The notes under the pieces were generated by a model. It was given only the letters and a program-made list of their open reading frames with translations, searched no databases and was not told the DNA's origin. From a virus (lineage: Duplodnaviria; Caudoviricetes), in IMG/VR virus record IMGVR_UViG_3300021976_000014, positions 1 to 59,592 of that record: 59,592 nucleotides of DNA. The stretch is one strand, 5' to 3'. This document shows, in pieces, positions 1 through 8,222 of the stretch. Every line of letters starts with the position of its first letter. The first letter of the stretch is position 1. The position numbers and the translations under genes are program-made.

Positions 1-186
1 CTCCCCTTGTGTGCCGCGCTGTACGGTTTCGACTGTTTGTCCGTTTCCTAAATTCCGGGACAAATACAGACAGTGAAATACCTTTATGTTCAACCGCCGT
101 GGATACTTACCGGCCTGAATATCGGCGCACATCGCTATAGGCATGCGTCAATCACTGCCTCGTCGCCCACAGTCCGGAGGACTGGC

Positions 187-870
187 GTGCCCTACCTCAA
201 CCGCTCTCTGACCAACTTCCGCGCCGCCGTCAACACCAAGTACCCGAGGCGGGATAAGCAATCCGATGGCTGGATTGGCGACGAAGCCCACCAGGCCACC
301 GATTCGGATCACAATCCTGACTCTGACGGCAGTGTAGACGCCTGGGATATGGATGTCGACCTCCGCAGCGGCGATGACCCGGCCGCTATTGAGTCGCTGA
401 AGGCAGTCTTCCAGAGGCACCCAGCCAGCCGTTATTGGATTCACAACCGCTGGATAGCCCACCGAAGTACCGGCTGGAAGCGACAGCCCTATCGCGGTTC
501 GAATCCCCACGACAAACACGTCCACTGGAATTCGGACCAAGCCAACGAAACAAACAACTCCCCCTGGATTTTAGGAGAACACATGGCAGTTACCACTACC
601 GAGATGGATGGCGTAGCCGACATGGTCTGGTATCGCGACACGGACCCTGATGCTGAGGTAAACGAACCTGCTTGGGTTGCACTGCACAACGCCCGCGTCG
701 ACTCCGCAGCCGCCCTTGCGATCGTACGTGGCCTCGAAGGTCGGCCGGTTCCAGGTGTAATCACTGTGGACGCCTCTGCTGTTGCTACGGCGCTTGCGGA
801 GAACGTCACTTTCTTAGCTGCTGTTGCGAAGGCCGTTAACGACGACACGTCCCGCCGGCTGGCTGCGTAA
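187..870 (+). CDS. Endolysin, Zn-peptidase (M15-like) catalytic domain
   Basis: Motifs DGWIGDxAH, SDHNP..VDAWD and HDKHVH. GGAGG RBS precedes the GTG at 187. Confidence 0.7.
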   Translation: MPYLNRSLTNFRAAVNTKYPRRDKQSDGWIGDEAHQATDSDHNPDSDGSVDAWDMDVDLRSGDDPAAIESLKAVFQRHPASRYWIHNRWIAHRSTGWKRQPYRGSNPHDKHVHWNSDQANETNNSPWILGEHMAVTTTEMDGVADMVWYRDTDPDAEVNEPAWVALHNARVDSAAALAIVRGLEGRPVPGVITVDASAVATALAENVTFLAAVAKAVNDDTSRRLAA

Positions 871-1085
871 TGAACTTCGGTGAAGCTCTTGTGGAGCTGC
901 GCAACGGCACTCACGTAACCCGCGCCGGCTGGAATGGCCAAGGGATGTACGTCGCTATGCAGATCCCAGACCGGCAGAGCAAGATGCGCAAGCCCTACCT
1001 CTATATGTGTCCTGTCGATGGCAATTTTGTCCCGTGGGTCGCGTCTCAGTCTGATCTGCTCGCAGACGACTGGCAGGTTGCGTAA
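870..1085 (+). CDS. DUF2829 / Thoeris anti-defence 2 (Tad2)-like protein
   Basis: MNFGEAL..L+.G..V.R.GWNG.GM...PWVASQSDLLADDW is the DUF2829 signature. Confidence 0.85.
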   Translation: MNFGEALVELRNGTHVTRAGWNGQGMYVAMQIPDRQSKMRKPYLYMCPVDGNFVPWVASQSDLLADDWQVA

Positions 1086-1741
1086 TGCTCGATACCCCAA
1101 TTGACGTCGCCGCGACGCTCGCTACGTTCGCAGAAGGCTCTTACGTTCAGGTGCACGACGGTTTGCAGATGTGGAAGCACCCTGACGACCTCGCCAGGCT
1201 GAAAGCCGTGATCGCCGCTACGAAACCCTCAGTGATCGTTGAGACGGGAACGAAGTGGGGTGGTAGTGCTGCTTGGCTCGCCGCTCAAGGCGTAGACGTC
1301 GTCACAGTCGACTGCAACCCCAACGACTCTCTAGAAGCCCGTAGGCGCCCCTCCAGCCGGGTTACGTACCTCTTCGGGGATTCCGTTGACCCTGCCGTCC
1401 TGGAGTCTGTGAAGGAGTCCGTAGGCCGGCGGAAGACCATGGTGATTCTCGACTCCGAGCACGCCTCAGGGCATGTCTTGAAGGAAATCGAAGCCTACGG
1501 GCCCCTCGTGTCGCCTGGCTGCTATCTCGTCATTGAGGACGGCATTTTCGACCTCACCACCGACCACGCACTGAAGAGTCGTGGTGGCTTCAGGATTCCC
1601 ACTGAGGGAGGGCCACTGGTGGCTGTTGAGAAGACTGTCGCCAACGACCCAGCTTGGAAGCGAGACACCCAGATCGAAGCATTGACGCCTCTATCACACA
1701 ACCCCGGCGGCTGGTGGATTCGCCAGAAGGCAAAGAGGTAG
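1085..1741 (+). CDS. CmcI/cephalosporin-hydroxylase family SAM-dependent (sugar) O-methyltransferase
   Basis: Motifs KxPxDL, KPSVIVETGTxxGGSA, VILDSxH, YLVIEDG and NPGGW. Confidence 0.85.
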   Translation: MLDTPIDVAATLATFAEGSYVQVHDGLQMWKHPDDLARLKAVIAATKPSVIVETGTKWGGSAAWLAAQGVDVVTVDCNPNDSLEARRRPSSRVTYLFGDSVDPAVLESVKESVGRRKTMVILDSEHASGHVLKEIEAYGPLVSPGCYLVIEDGIFDLTTDHALKSRGGFRIPTEGGPLVAVEKTVANDPAWKRDTQIEALTPLSHNPGGWWIRQKAKR

Positions 1742-1743
1742 AA

Positions 1744-1953
1744 GTGGCCCCTGAGGAAATTGACAACCGATTCGTGTATCACCCCCCGACGGACGATAAG
1801 ACCAGGGAGACGCATGAGTTTGTGAGGACAACCTTCCGGTTGGCGGCTGAGACCATCAACAACATCCTTCCGGAGGGCCGGGAGAAGGCTATAGCGATGA
1901 CGAAACTAGAAGAGGGTATGTTTTGGGCTAACGCCGCTATCGCGCGGACCTAG
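1744..1953 (+). CDS. Acb2/Tad1-hairpin-like small protein (putative cyclic-nucleotide sponge)
   Basis: EIDNRFxYHPP...PEGREKAIAMTKLEEGMFWANAAIAR resembles the Tad1 RENAIALTxxEExxMW helix. GAGG RBS precedes the GTG. Confidence 0.7.
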   Translation: MAPEEIDNRFVYHPPTDDKTRETHEFVRTTFRLAAETINNILPEGREKAIAMTKLEEGMFWANAAIART

Positions 1954-1960
1954 CAAACCA

Positions 1961-2031
1961 ATGGGCTTGGTGTAGTGGTAACACAGCGGTCCCCAAAACC
2001 GTTGACAGGGGTTCGATTCCTCTAGCCCGTG
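1961..2031 (+). tRNA. tRNA-Trp (CCA) with non-canonical C33, CCA end not encoded
   Basis: Cloverleaf: acceptor ATGGGCT/AGCCCGT, D arm GTGT-AGTGGTA-ACAC, anticodon arm GCGGT-CCCCAAA-ACCGT, T arm AGGGG-TTCGATT-CCTCT, discriminator G. Confidence 0.9.
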
Positions 2032-2417
2032 CTCTGGCTATTTACGCCTTCTTTCCTCAGTGCGTATTGTTCAGCCAGCCACGCCGCGACATCTACACGG
2101 TCAACTACGGTCCATGTATTCGGGGCACCGTCGCTGAGTGTGCGAACCACCAACCCGACGTCAGCGAGACGCCTGAGCGCGGTTTTCGCTTTGGTCGCAG
2201 ACACCCGTCCCTTGCTACCCGGACCTACGCGGTGTGCCCTACTGCGCCCCGGCTCGGTTCGACGGTCTCTCACCGTGCCTTGGACTCCATAGAAGTCCTC
2301 GAAGAAATCCGCGATCTCCTCGGTTGATCCCTTGCCCTCTAGTGCTAGGAGTGCAACAGCAGCTCTCAGCGCCCATCCTGGCGCAACGCGGTCGTCCTGT
2401 GTCATTCCCGTTGCCAT
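2022..2417 (-). CDS. Putative winged-helix DNA-binding protein
   Basis: GGAGG RBS. STEEIA...KAKTALRRLADVGLV..G.PNTW resembles a wHTH recognition helix plus wing. Confidence 0.5.
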   Translation of the reverse strand: MATGMTQDDRVAPGWALRAAVALLALEGKGSTEEIADFFEDFYGVQGTVRDRRTEPGRSRAHRVGPGSKGRVSATKAKTALRRLADVGLVVRTLSDGAPNTWTVVDRVDVAAWLAEQYALRKEGVNSQSTG

Positions 2418-2473
2418 CTAGCACACCTCCATGGACACAAAATGGCTTGCAGACTACCAATCGAGGAATTTAG

Positions 2474-3160
2474 TTGTCAAATCTCGTCATTATGGTGCCT
2501 ACGAAGGGCAGGCCACACGCCGTGGAGCCTCTGATGGAGGCTTTTCGAGGCACTTCCACCGCAGACAGCTCCGTCCTGCTGATTCTGGACGACGAAGACC
2601 CGAATCTAGAGTCTTACAAAACCGAATCGGCGCGTCTTTCCGTCGAATGGGCTATTCAGGACGGCCACAACCTTATAACCGGCCTGAATTTCGGCTACAG
2701 GGCTGTTTCTGATGCCTTCGCGGTCGGATTCATGGGCGACGACCACAGACCAATCACCGTCGGGTGGGATACGGAGTACCTGAAGGCTCTCGCCGACCTC
2801 GGGACGGGGATTGTCTACGGCAACGATCTCCTACAGGGCGAGGCATTGCCTACACAGGTCGCGATGACCGCTGACATCCCTCGTGCCGTCGGTTTCTTCG
2901 CCCCGCCGGGGTTGGTCCATCTCTACTGCGACGACTACTGGAAAGCACTCGGTGAGGGCGCCGGGTGTCTGAAGTACCTGCCATGTGTCACCGTCAGGCA
3001 CATCCACCCCGCTACGGGCGAGATCGAGTGGGATGCCCACCACCGACGGGTTAACGCCCCTGAGATGTACGTCAAGGACTCAGGCTCCTACCGAGCCTTC
3101 AGGATCGCTGGCGGCCTCCAGATGGCCGTAGACGCCGTCAGGGGGCTCAGAGAGCCATGA
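2474..3160 (+). CDS. Glycosyltransferase, GT-A fold (GT2-like)
   Basis: VIMVPTKGRP N-terminus, FMGDDH (DxD-like) motif and HLYCDD. Confidence 0.85.
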   Translation: MSNLVIMVPTKGRPHAVEPLMEAFRGTSTADSSVLLILDDEDPNLESYKTESARLSVEWAIQDGHNLITGLNFGYRAVSDAFAVGFMGDDHRPITVGWDTEYLKALADLGTGIVYGNDLLQGEALPTQVAMTADIPRAVGFFAPPGLVHLYCDDYWKALGEGAGCLKYLPCVTVRHIHPATGEIEWDAHHRRVNAPEMYVKDSGSYRAFRIAGGLQMAVDAVRGLREP

Positions 3161-3765
3161 GTGTAGGTATCGTCCTGCCGTGGCGGGACACGAGCCGTGA
3201 AAGGGCAAAGGCGATGGATACCGTCGTGGCCACCCTCAAGGATGTGCTACCGGAGGCTGTGTTGATCCCGGCCGACAGTTGGCACCAGGATTTCAACAGA
3301 GCCGCCAGCCGGAACGTCGGCGTCCGTGAGGCTCAAAAGCTCGGTTGTGGGGTCGTGGTCGTCTGTGACGCCGACTCCATTCCCGAGGCGGCTCCGCTAC
3401 GTGACGCCATCGCTGGCGCCCCTGACGGGCTCCTGCATCTCCCCTACACGAGGTTCGTCAGCCTCTCCCCGAAGGGTACGGCGCAATACCTGTCTGCGAC
3501 GCCTTGGTGGCTCTGTCACAGCATCCTTGATTGGGGAGACTCCGTGGGTGGGTGTTGGGTGATGACGCCTGAGGCTTGGTTTGCTGCCGGCGGGCAGGAT
3601 GAGCGGTTCTTGGAATGGGGTTGTGAGGACACCGCTTTCAAGGTCGACTGTGACAACAAGCTGGGTGCCACCGTTCGCCACGGCGGCACCCTCGTACACC
3701 TCTACCATCCAGCTACGCGGGAACTGAAAGATCCTGCGACAGCCCTCCTAGCGGAACATCTGTGA
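3157..3765 (+). CDS. Glycosyltransferase, GT2/GT7-like
   Basis: Motifs IVLPWR, FNRAASRNxG, VVCDAD, GGQDERFxxWGCED and HLYH. Confidence 0.85.
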   Translation: MSVGIVLPWRDTSRERAKAMDTVVATLKDVLPEAVLIPADSWHQDFNRAASRNVGVREAQKLGCGVVVVCDADSIPEAAPLRDAIAGAPDGLLHLPYTRFVSLSPKGTAQYLSATPWWLCHSILDWGDSVGGCWVMTPEAWFAAGGQDERFLEWGCEDTAFKVDCDNKLGATVRHGGTLVHLYHPATRELKDPATALLAEHL

Positions 3766-5548
3766 AGCCGAGATCCACGTTTCGCCCGAGCGCCCGAGGC
3801 GCTATGTCCTTCGGAATGGCCATGGCCATCCACATCCCCCGGTCATACGAGAAGCGGATGATGTCGGTTTCGGGACTCATGGAAACTTTAGTCCAGTCTG
3901 GCTGTTCCTCGCTCGTAGCGGCGTAAACCTTGATGCCAGCTTCTATCAGCATCATCCTTTGATCCAAGGTACCCTGTTTAGTCCAGTCCTCTGCATAGGT
4001 GGTGCCGACGCTACGCGTCTCGTACCCGGCATCTCGGGTGGGAGCCGAGGATAGTTCTTCGATCCTCGCCTCTAGCGCCTCGATCTCCTCTGTGTACACC
4101 TCCTGGACGGCAGGAGACTTTCCAGCGGACATCTTGATTGTGTCGCGAAGCTGTGACTTTGTTTCTAGAAGCTCTGCTTCGAACGACACCCCGGGTACGA
4201 ACATCCTCGCCAGCCGATCATGTGGTCCGATGATGTCGAGAAGTAGATCTTCGACCTTGAGGTCAAGTTTATTGATTCGGATGTACTTCGCGATGCAAGT
4301 TCCTTCGATCACCTTGCGAGCCTTCGGAATGGTGGTCTTCGCGCATCGGTAGTAGCCGTATTCCCCGCCGGTCTTCACTCGGGTGGTCCGGAAGGCATAT
4401 AGCGGTGAGTTGCAGTGAGCACAATAGCCAACGTCCAGCAGTAGCGAGTCTTGGCGTCCTCGGTACTTGCGACGGTTCACGCCGTCAAGCGCGTGCTGTA
4501 GGCGCTCCCACTGTTCCCGAGTAATGATCGGGTCGGCGCGGAGTACTGGAGCGGCGTTGGCATCCCTAACAGTCTTGTCGTCGTACGGCGTCTCGCCGAA
4601 GAGTGTTCGACTCCGGAGCGTCCGCTTGACAGTGCCTCCGGTCCACACCATTTTGTGAATAAGTCGTTCGCCTTGGGCTACGGGTTCTCCGTGGTCGACT
4701 GCCCACCGCCCCCCGCGCGGAGACTTCTCTACCGAGTGAGCTTCGCCGGTCGGATCGGTGATGACGAGGTGATCCTTCTCGATCGCCGTTACGATACCGC
4801 TCACGGGAGCGGTTGAGACTGGACGGGCTTGCGACTTATCTCTTGCCTTAGACTTCTCCATCTCGGCTTCCTTGGGTGCGGGTATGCCCTCTGAGTTGAG
4901 CCACACCGCGATGTCCTCAGCGGAGACTTTGTTCATTGCCTTCCTGATCATCTCTTCGGCATATGGAGCCAGCTCGGGGTTACGAATGAGTCGCTGGTTG
5001 TTCTCCCCATCCGCCTTGGTGGGAATGAGGTAGAAGAGATGCTTCCCGCCCGTCCAAAAGCCGTTTTTGACAAGATACTTCTTCGTCTTGCGGTTGCGGC
5101 TGAGGATACGGTTGGCTTCCATCTCCCCGAAGAAGGCGAACATGTAGGCCATAAACTGCACCATCGGGTCTTCGGGGCCGTTGCGATAGTCGAGAATGAA
5201 CGGTGCTCCGCTAATACCGTTGACAAAGTAGATGATCTTCCGGTGTTTGATAGCAAAGTTGCTCAGCGCAGCGAGGTCTTTCATGCTCCGGACGCCCCGG
5301 TCAGCATGAGCCCATATGATGCCCTGGTAGTGGTGTTGTCGCTCTGGGGTCAGCCATGGCCCGATACCGGGTCGCTCGAAGGGGTCGAGCGAGATTGCGG
5401 AGACGTCGAGGTCTTCAGCCCAAATCGTTATCCTAGCCGGGATCTTGGCAGCGTATGCTTTGATATCGTCGCGCTGACTCTGCGGCGACGTCGAGGGGTC
5501 TAGCTCTCCGCCGTGCTTGGAGAGCCTGAGGCCGGCTAGAAGGTCCAT
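3713..5548 (-). CDS. int: Large serine recombinase (integrase)
   Basis: Catalytic RLS..STSPxxQ, DxDVSA, DRxxR and AxxGEME motifs, recombinase domain, CxxC..YYRC zinc ribbon and coiled coil. Start placed at ATG 5548. Confidence 0.95.
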   Translation of the reverse strand: MDLLAGLRLSKHGGELDPSTSPQSQRDDIKAYAAKIPARITIWAEDLDVSAISLDPFERPGIGPWLTPERQHHYQGIIWAHADRGVRSMKDLAALSNFAIKHRKIIYFVNGISGAPFILDYRNGPEDPMVQFMAYMFAFFGEMEANRILSRNRKTKKYLVKNGFWTGGKHLFYLIPTKADGENNQRLIRNPELAPYAEEMIRKAMNKVSAEDIAVWLNSEGIPAPKEAEMEKSKARDKSQARPVSTAPVSGIVTAIEKDHLVITDPTGEAHSVEKSPRGGRWAVDHGEPVAQGERLIHKMVWTGGTVKRTLRSRTLFGETPYDDKTVRDANAAPVLRADPIITREQWERLQHALDGVNRRKYRGRQDSLLLDVGYCAHCNSPLYAFRTTRVKTGGEYGYYRCAKTTIPKARKVIEGTCIAKYIRINKLDLKVEDLLLDIIGPHDRLARMFVPGVSFEAELLETKSQLRDTIKMSAGKSPAVQEVYTEEIEALEARIEELSSAPTRDAGYETRSVGTTYAEDWTKQGTLDQRMMLIEAGIKVYAATSEEQPDWTKVSMSPETDIIRFSYDRGMWMAMAIPKDIAPRALGRNVDLGFTDVPLGGLSQDLSVPA

Positions 5549-5564
5549 AGCAAATGATCCTACA

Positions 5565-5610
5565 TCATCATTGGTGGTTCCTGGTGACCAGCAGGGCGAG
5601 CTAATGATGA
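5565..5610. other. attP: Candidate attP site
   Basis: 46-bp imperfect inverted repeat TCATCATT-N30-AATGATGA with inner CCTG.TG symmetry around a central AC/GT dinucleotide (5587-5588), directly upstream of int. Confidence 0.65.
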
Positions 5611-5849
5611 AGGGCTCCGCAGAAGAAACCCCCTGGTCAGAGCCGGCGCCCGCCTTCCTCGCCTGATCGGTTGTCGGCGCTCCGGAGAGCGCCACGCTAG
5701 CCCGACCCTCACCACGAGGGCGGGCTATTTCTTTGCCACCCGATACCCGATTTGCCATTTCTCTTGCACCCCATTCCGATTAAGTAGCCCATCTATTCGA
5801 CTCTAAAAGCTGCGTCCATAGTACACCACACCCCGACCCCGGAGGTTCA

Positions 5850-6323
5850 ATGAGCGACCGCAAAGACGAAGACCGCGTAAACCGCAACCCTTTAATTCAC
5901 AACATCGGAAACCTCCAGTGGGACGGCGTCAGGCGTGGCGCAGAGCTGCCCGAAGGCTACGAATGGTGCGACATGACGCAGCGGTGGTGGAATATCTGGC
6001 GAGACAGCCCTCAGGCAATGATGATGTCAGAGACCGACTGGCAGGAAATGCTCCTGTCCGCCAGGCTCCATAATTACATCTGGGGAATGCATATGGTCGT
6101 TGACAAGACCAACGGTGGGTTTATCTACACCGACTGCGACCCCAAGGACGCTAAGGCTTGCGCCTCGGAACTCCGGATCAGGCTCGAAAAGATGGGAGCC
6201 ACGATCAAAGACCGTGGCTCCCTCGGAATGCGTATCAACACCGGCCCGGCGGATGTCACGGCCGAAGCCGAGAAGATCACCAAGCAGTCCGCAGTTAACT
6301 ACCGCGACGCCCTAGGCGCCTAG
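5850..6323 (+). CDS. terS: Terminase small subunit
   Basis: T.RWW..WR.SPQA......DW..L...A.LH...ELR.R..K.GAT..DR pattern of actinophage terS; lies upstream of terL. Confidence 0.75.
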   Translation: MSDRKDEDRVNRNPLIHNIGNLQWDGVRRGAELPEGYEWCDMTQRWWNIWRDSPQAMMMSETDWQEMLLSARLHNYIWGMHMVVDKTNGGFIYTDCDPKDAKACASELRIRLEKMGATIKDRGSLGMRINTGPADVTAEAEKITKQSAVNYRDALGA

Positions 6324-6548
6324 CTAGTTCGGGTCCGGCTCCGGCGGGAAGTAGTCGGCGAATGGAACGATGTTCCCCACCGCCTTGACGGATTGGTTCA
6401 CCCCCGGCTTCTCAAGCCATTCGATAACGAGATAGTCCTCCCCTTTGTACTGGTAGGCATGCCGGAAGACCCCCCTGCGGTTGGAGTTGGTGTCTTCCAC
6501 CATCCGACCTTCCTCGAAATCGAGCAGGGTGAAGTCTGGTTTGGGCAT
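6324..6548 (-). CDS. Small hypothetical protein (possibly SH3-like beta barrel)
   Basis: Strong AGGAGG RBS; fills the terS-terL gap on the opposite strand. Confidence 0.6.
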   Translation of the reverse strand: MPKPDFTLLDFEEGRMVEDTNSNRRGVFRHAYQYKGEDYLVIEWLEKPGVNQSVKAVGNIVPFADYFPPEPDPN

Positions 6549-6654
6549 GGATCAACCTCCTAGAGCCCGGTCTCCGTCGGCGGTGATGAGTGTACGCCTC
6601 GCGCCCGGCCGGATGGAGCGGTTCTGGCAAAAATAAGTAACTCCTGGAGAGTTT

Positions 6655-8205
6655 GTGCTGCTCAACGATCGACCCCTTCCGGAGCTGAGCTTGGGTTGGG
6701 GGGTCCTTGACTGGTGCTCCGCCTACCTAAGCCAGCCAGACGGAATCAACAAAGGAGATACCTGGCGGTTCACTAACGAGCAAGCCCGATTCCTTGTCCA
6801 TTTTTACGCAGTGAACGAACACGGCAGATTTCTTTACCGCCGAGCCATCCTAGAGAGGGTAAAAGGGTGGGGAAAGTCCCCCCTTGTAGCGGCGGTTTGT
6901 TGCGCTGAGTTGCTGGGTCCGGTGTATTTCGATGGCTGGGATTCCGAAGGGAACCCCGTCGGAAGACCATTCCCGACTCCGCTAGTCCAGATCGCCGCTA
7001 TCTCTGATAGCCAAGCCGACAACACCATGAGCCTCGTCGGTGCGATGCTCGCCGACGGCGAAGCCGCCAATGAATACAACCTTGATATTGCCCTCTCTAG
7101 GGTTCTGGTTCCTGGTGAATTGCGAAAACTAGAGAAGGTAACCGCCTCACCGAGAGGCCGCGAAGGTAACCGTGCAACATTCATCTGCGCCGATGAAACG
7201 GGGCTTTGGGTACCGGCGGAACATGGACCTCAGCTAGCGGAAGCACTCCGCCGGAACCTAGGCAAAATGGGAGGTAGGTCAATTGAGACCACCAACGCTC
7301 CCGCGCCTGGCGAAAACAGCGTAGCTGAGGAGTCTCATAGGTACTGGACGCAGATCCAAGAGGGTCGGTCCTTTGATGAGTCACTGTTGTTCGACTCCGT
7401 CTCTGTGCACGTAGATGACATCTACGACAGAGCACTAGCGATGCCGGCGCTAAAGACCTGCTACGGCGACGCCACATGGGTTGACCTAGAGCGCATTTGG
7501 CAGGAAATCAACGACCCATCCAACCGAGAGTCCACTTGCCGGCGGTTCTACTTCAACGAAATGACAATCGGTGAATCAGGTTGGCTAAAACCCACCGAAG
7601 TGTACTTCTGTCGAGATGAAAACCTCAGACCACTAAAGAAGTCCGACCGAATCGCTATCGGATTCAAAGGTGCCGTCAGGAACGGTGCTGGCGCTGTTGT
7701 GGCTTGTCGACTCAGAGACCAGGCGCTATTCGTGCTTAAGGTCTGGGAGAAGCCCGATGACGCTCCGCGCGATTGGGAGGTCGATTACGTCGCTGTCGAC
7801 GACTTCGTTCGGAAGCAGCTAGAGAAGCGAGACGTCTATTTCGCGTACGCCGACCCCCATCAGTATCAAGACATCGTTGGTCGGTGGGCAGCGGATTTCG
7901 AAGACGTCTTTGAAGAATTCTGGTTGTCGAGCAAAACGAAAGCCGGGAAAGCAATTGAGCAACTAGAGAGTGCGATCAAGACACAGCGAGTCATCTGGAA
8001 GGACCAACCTGATCTCGAACGACACATCCTCAATTGCCATATCCAAGAAACACCTCAGGGGGATCTCCTACGGAAGGAGACCGCCGATAGCAAGCGATAT
8101 ATCTCGGTGGCCCAAGCCGCCGTACTAGCTCTTGAGGCATGTAAAGAGGCTATTGAGCGTGGGGGCCTGGAGCCCGAGGCGGATAGGACTTTGTATGCCT
8201 ATTAA
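6655..8205 (+). CDS. terL: Terminase large subunit
   Basis: Walker A-like RVKGWGKSP, Walker B ICADET, TTNA coupling motif and C-terminal nuclease region. Confidence 0.95.
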   Translation: MLLNDRPLPELSLGWGVLDWCSAYLSQPDGINKGDTWRFTNEQARFLVHFYAVNEHGRFLYRRAILERVKGWGKSPLVAAVCCAELLGPVYFDGWDSEGNPVGRPFPTPLVQIAAISDSQADNTMSLVGAMLADGEAANEYNLDIALSRVLVPGELRKLEKVTASPRGREGNRATFICADETGLWVPAEHGPQLAEALRRNLGKMGGRSIETTNAPAPGENSVAEESHRYWTQIQEGRSFDESLLFDSVSVHVDDIYDRALAMPALKTCYGDATWVDLERIWQEINDPSNRESTCRRFYFNEMTIGESGWLKPTEVYFCRDENLRPLKKSDRIAIGFKGAVRNGAGAVVACRLRDQALFVLKVWEKPDDAPRDWEVDYVAVDDFVRKQLEKRDVYFAYADPHQYQDIVGRWAADFEDVFEEFWLSSKTKAGKAIEQLESAIKTQRVIWKDQPDLERHILNCHIQETPQGDLLRKETADSKRYISVAQAAVLALEACKEAIERGGLEPEADRTLYAY

Positions 8206-8222
8206 CCCTTGACGGGAGACGT

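Noticed and set aside
1961-2031. Suppressor tRNA or stop-codon recoding
   Set aside because: The anticodon is CCA, and genes terminate normally at TAG/TGA with coupled downstream starts.
5549-5758. 70-aa N-terminal extension of the integrase in the ORF track
   Set aside because: The catalytic domain begins at ATG 5548, and the extension runs through the attP-like dyad.
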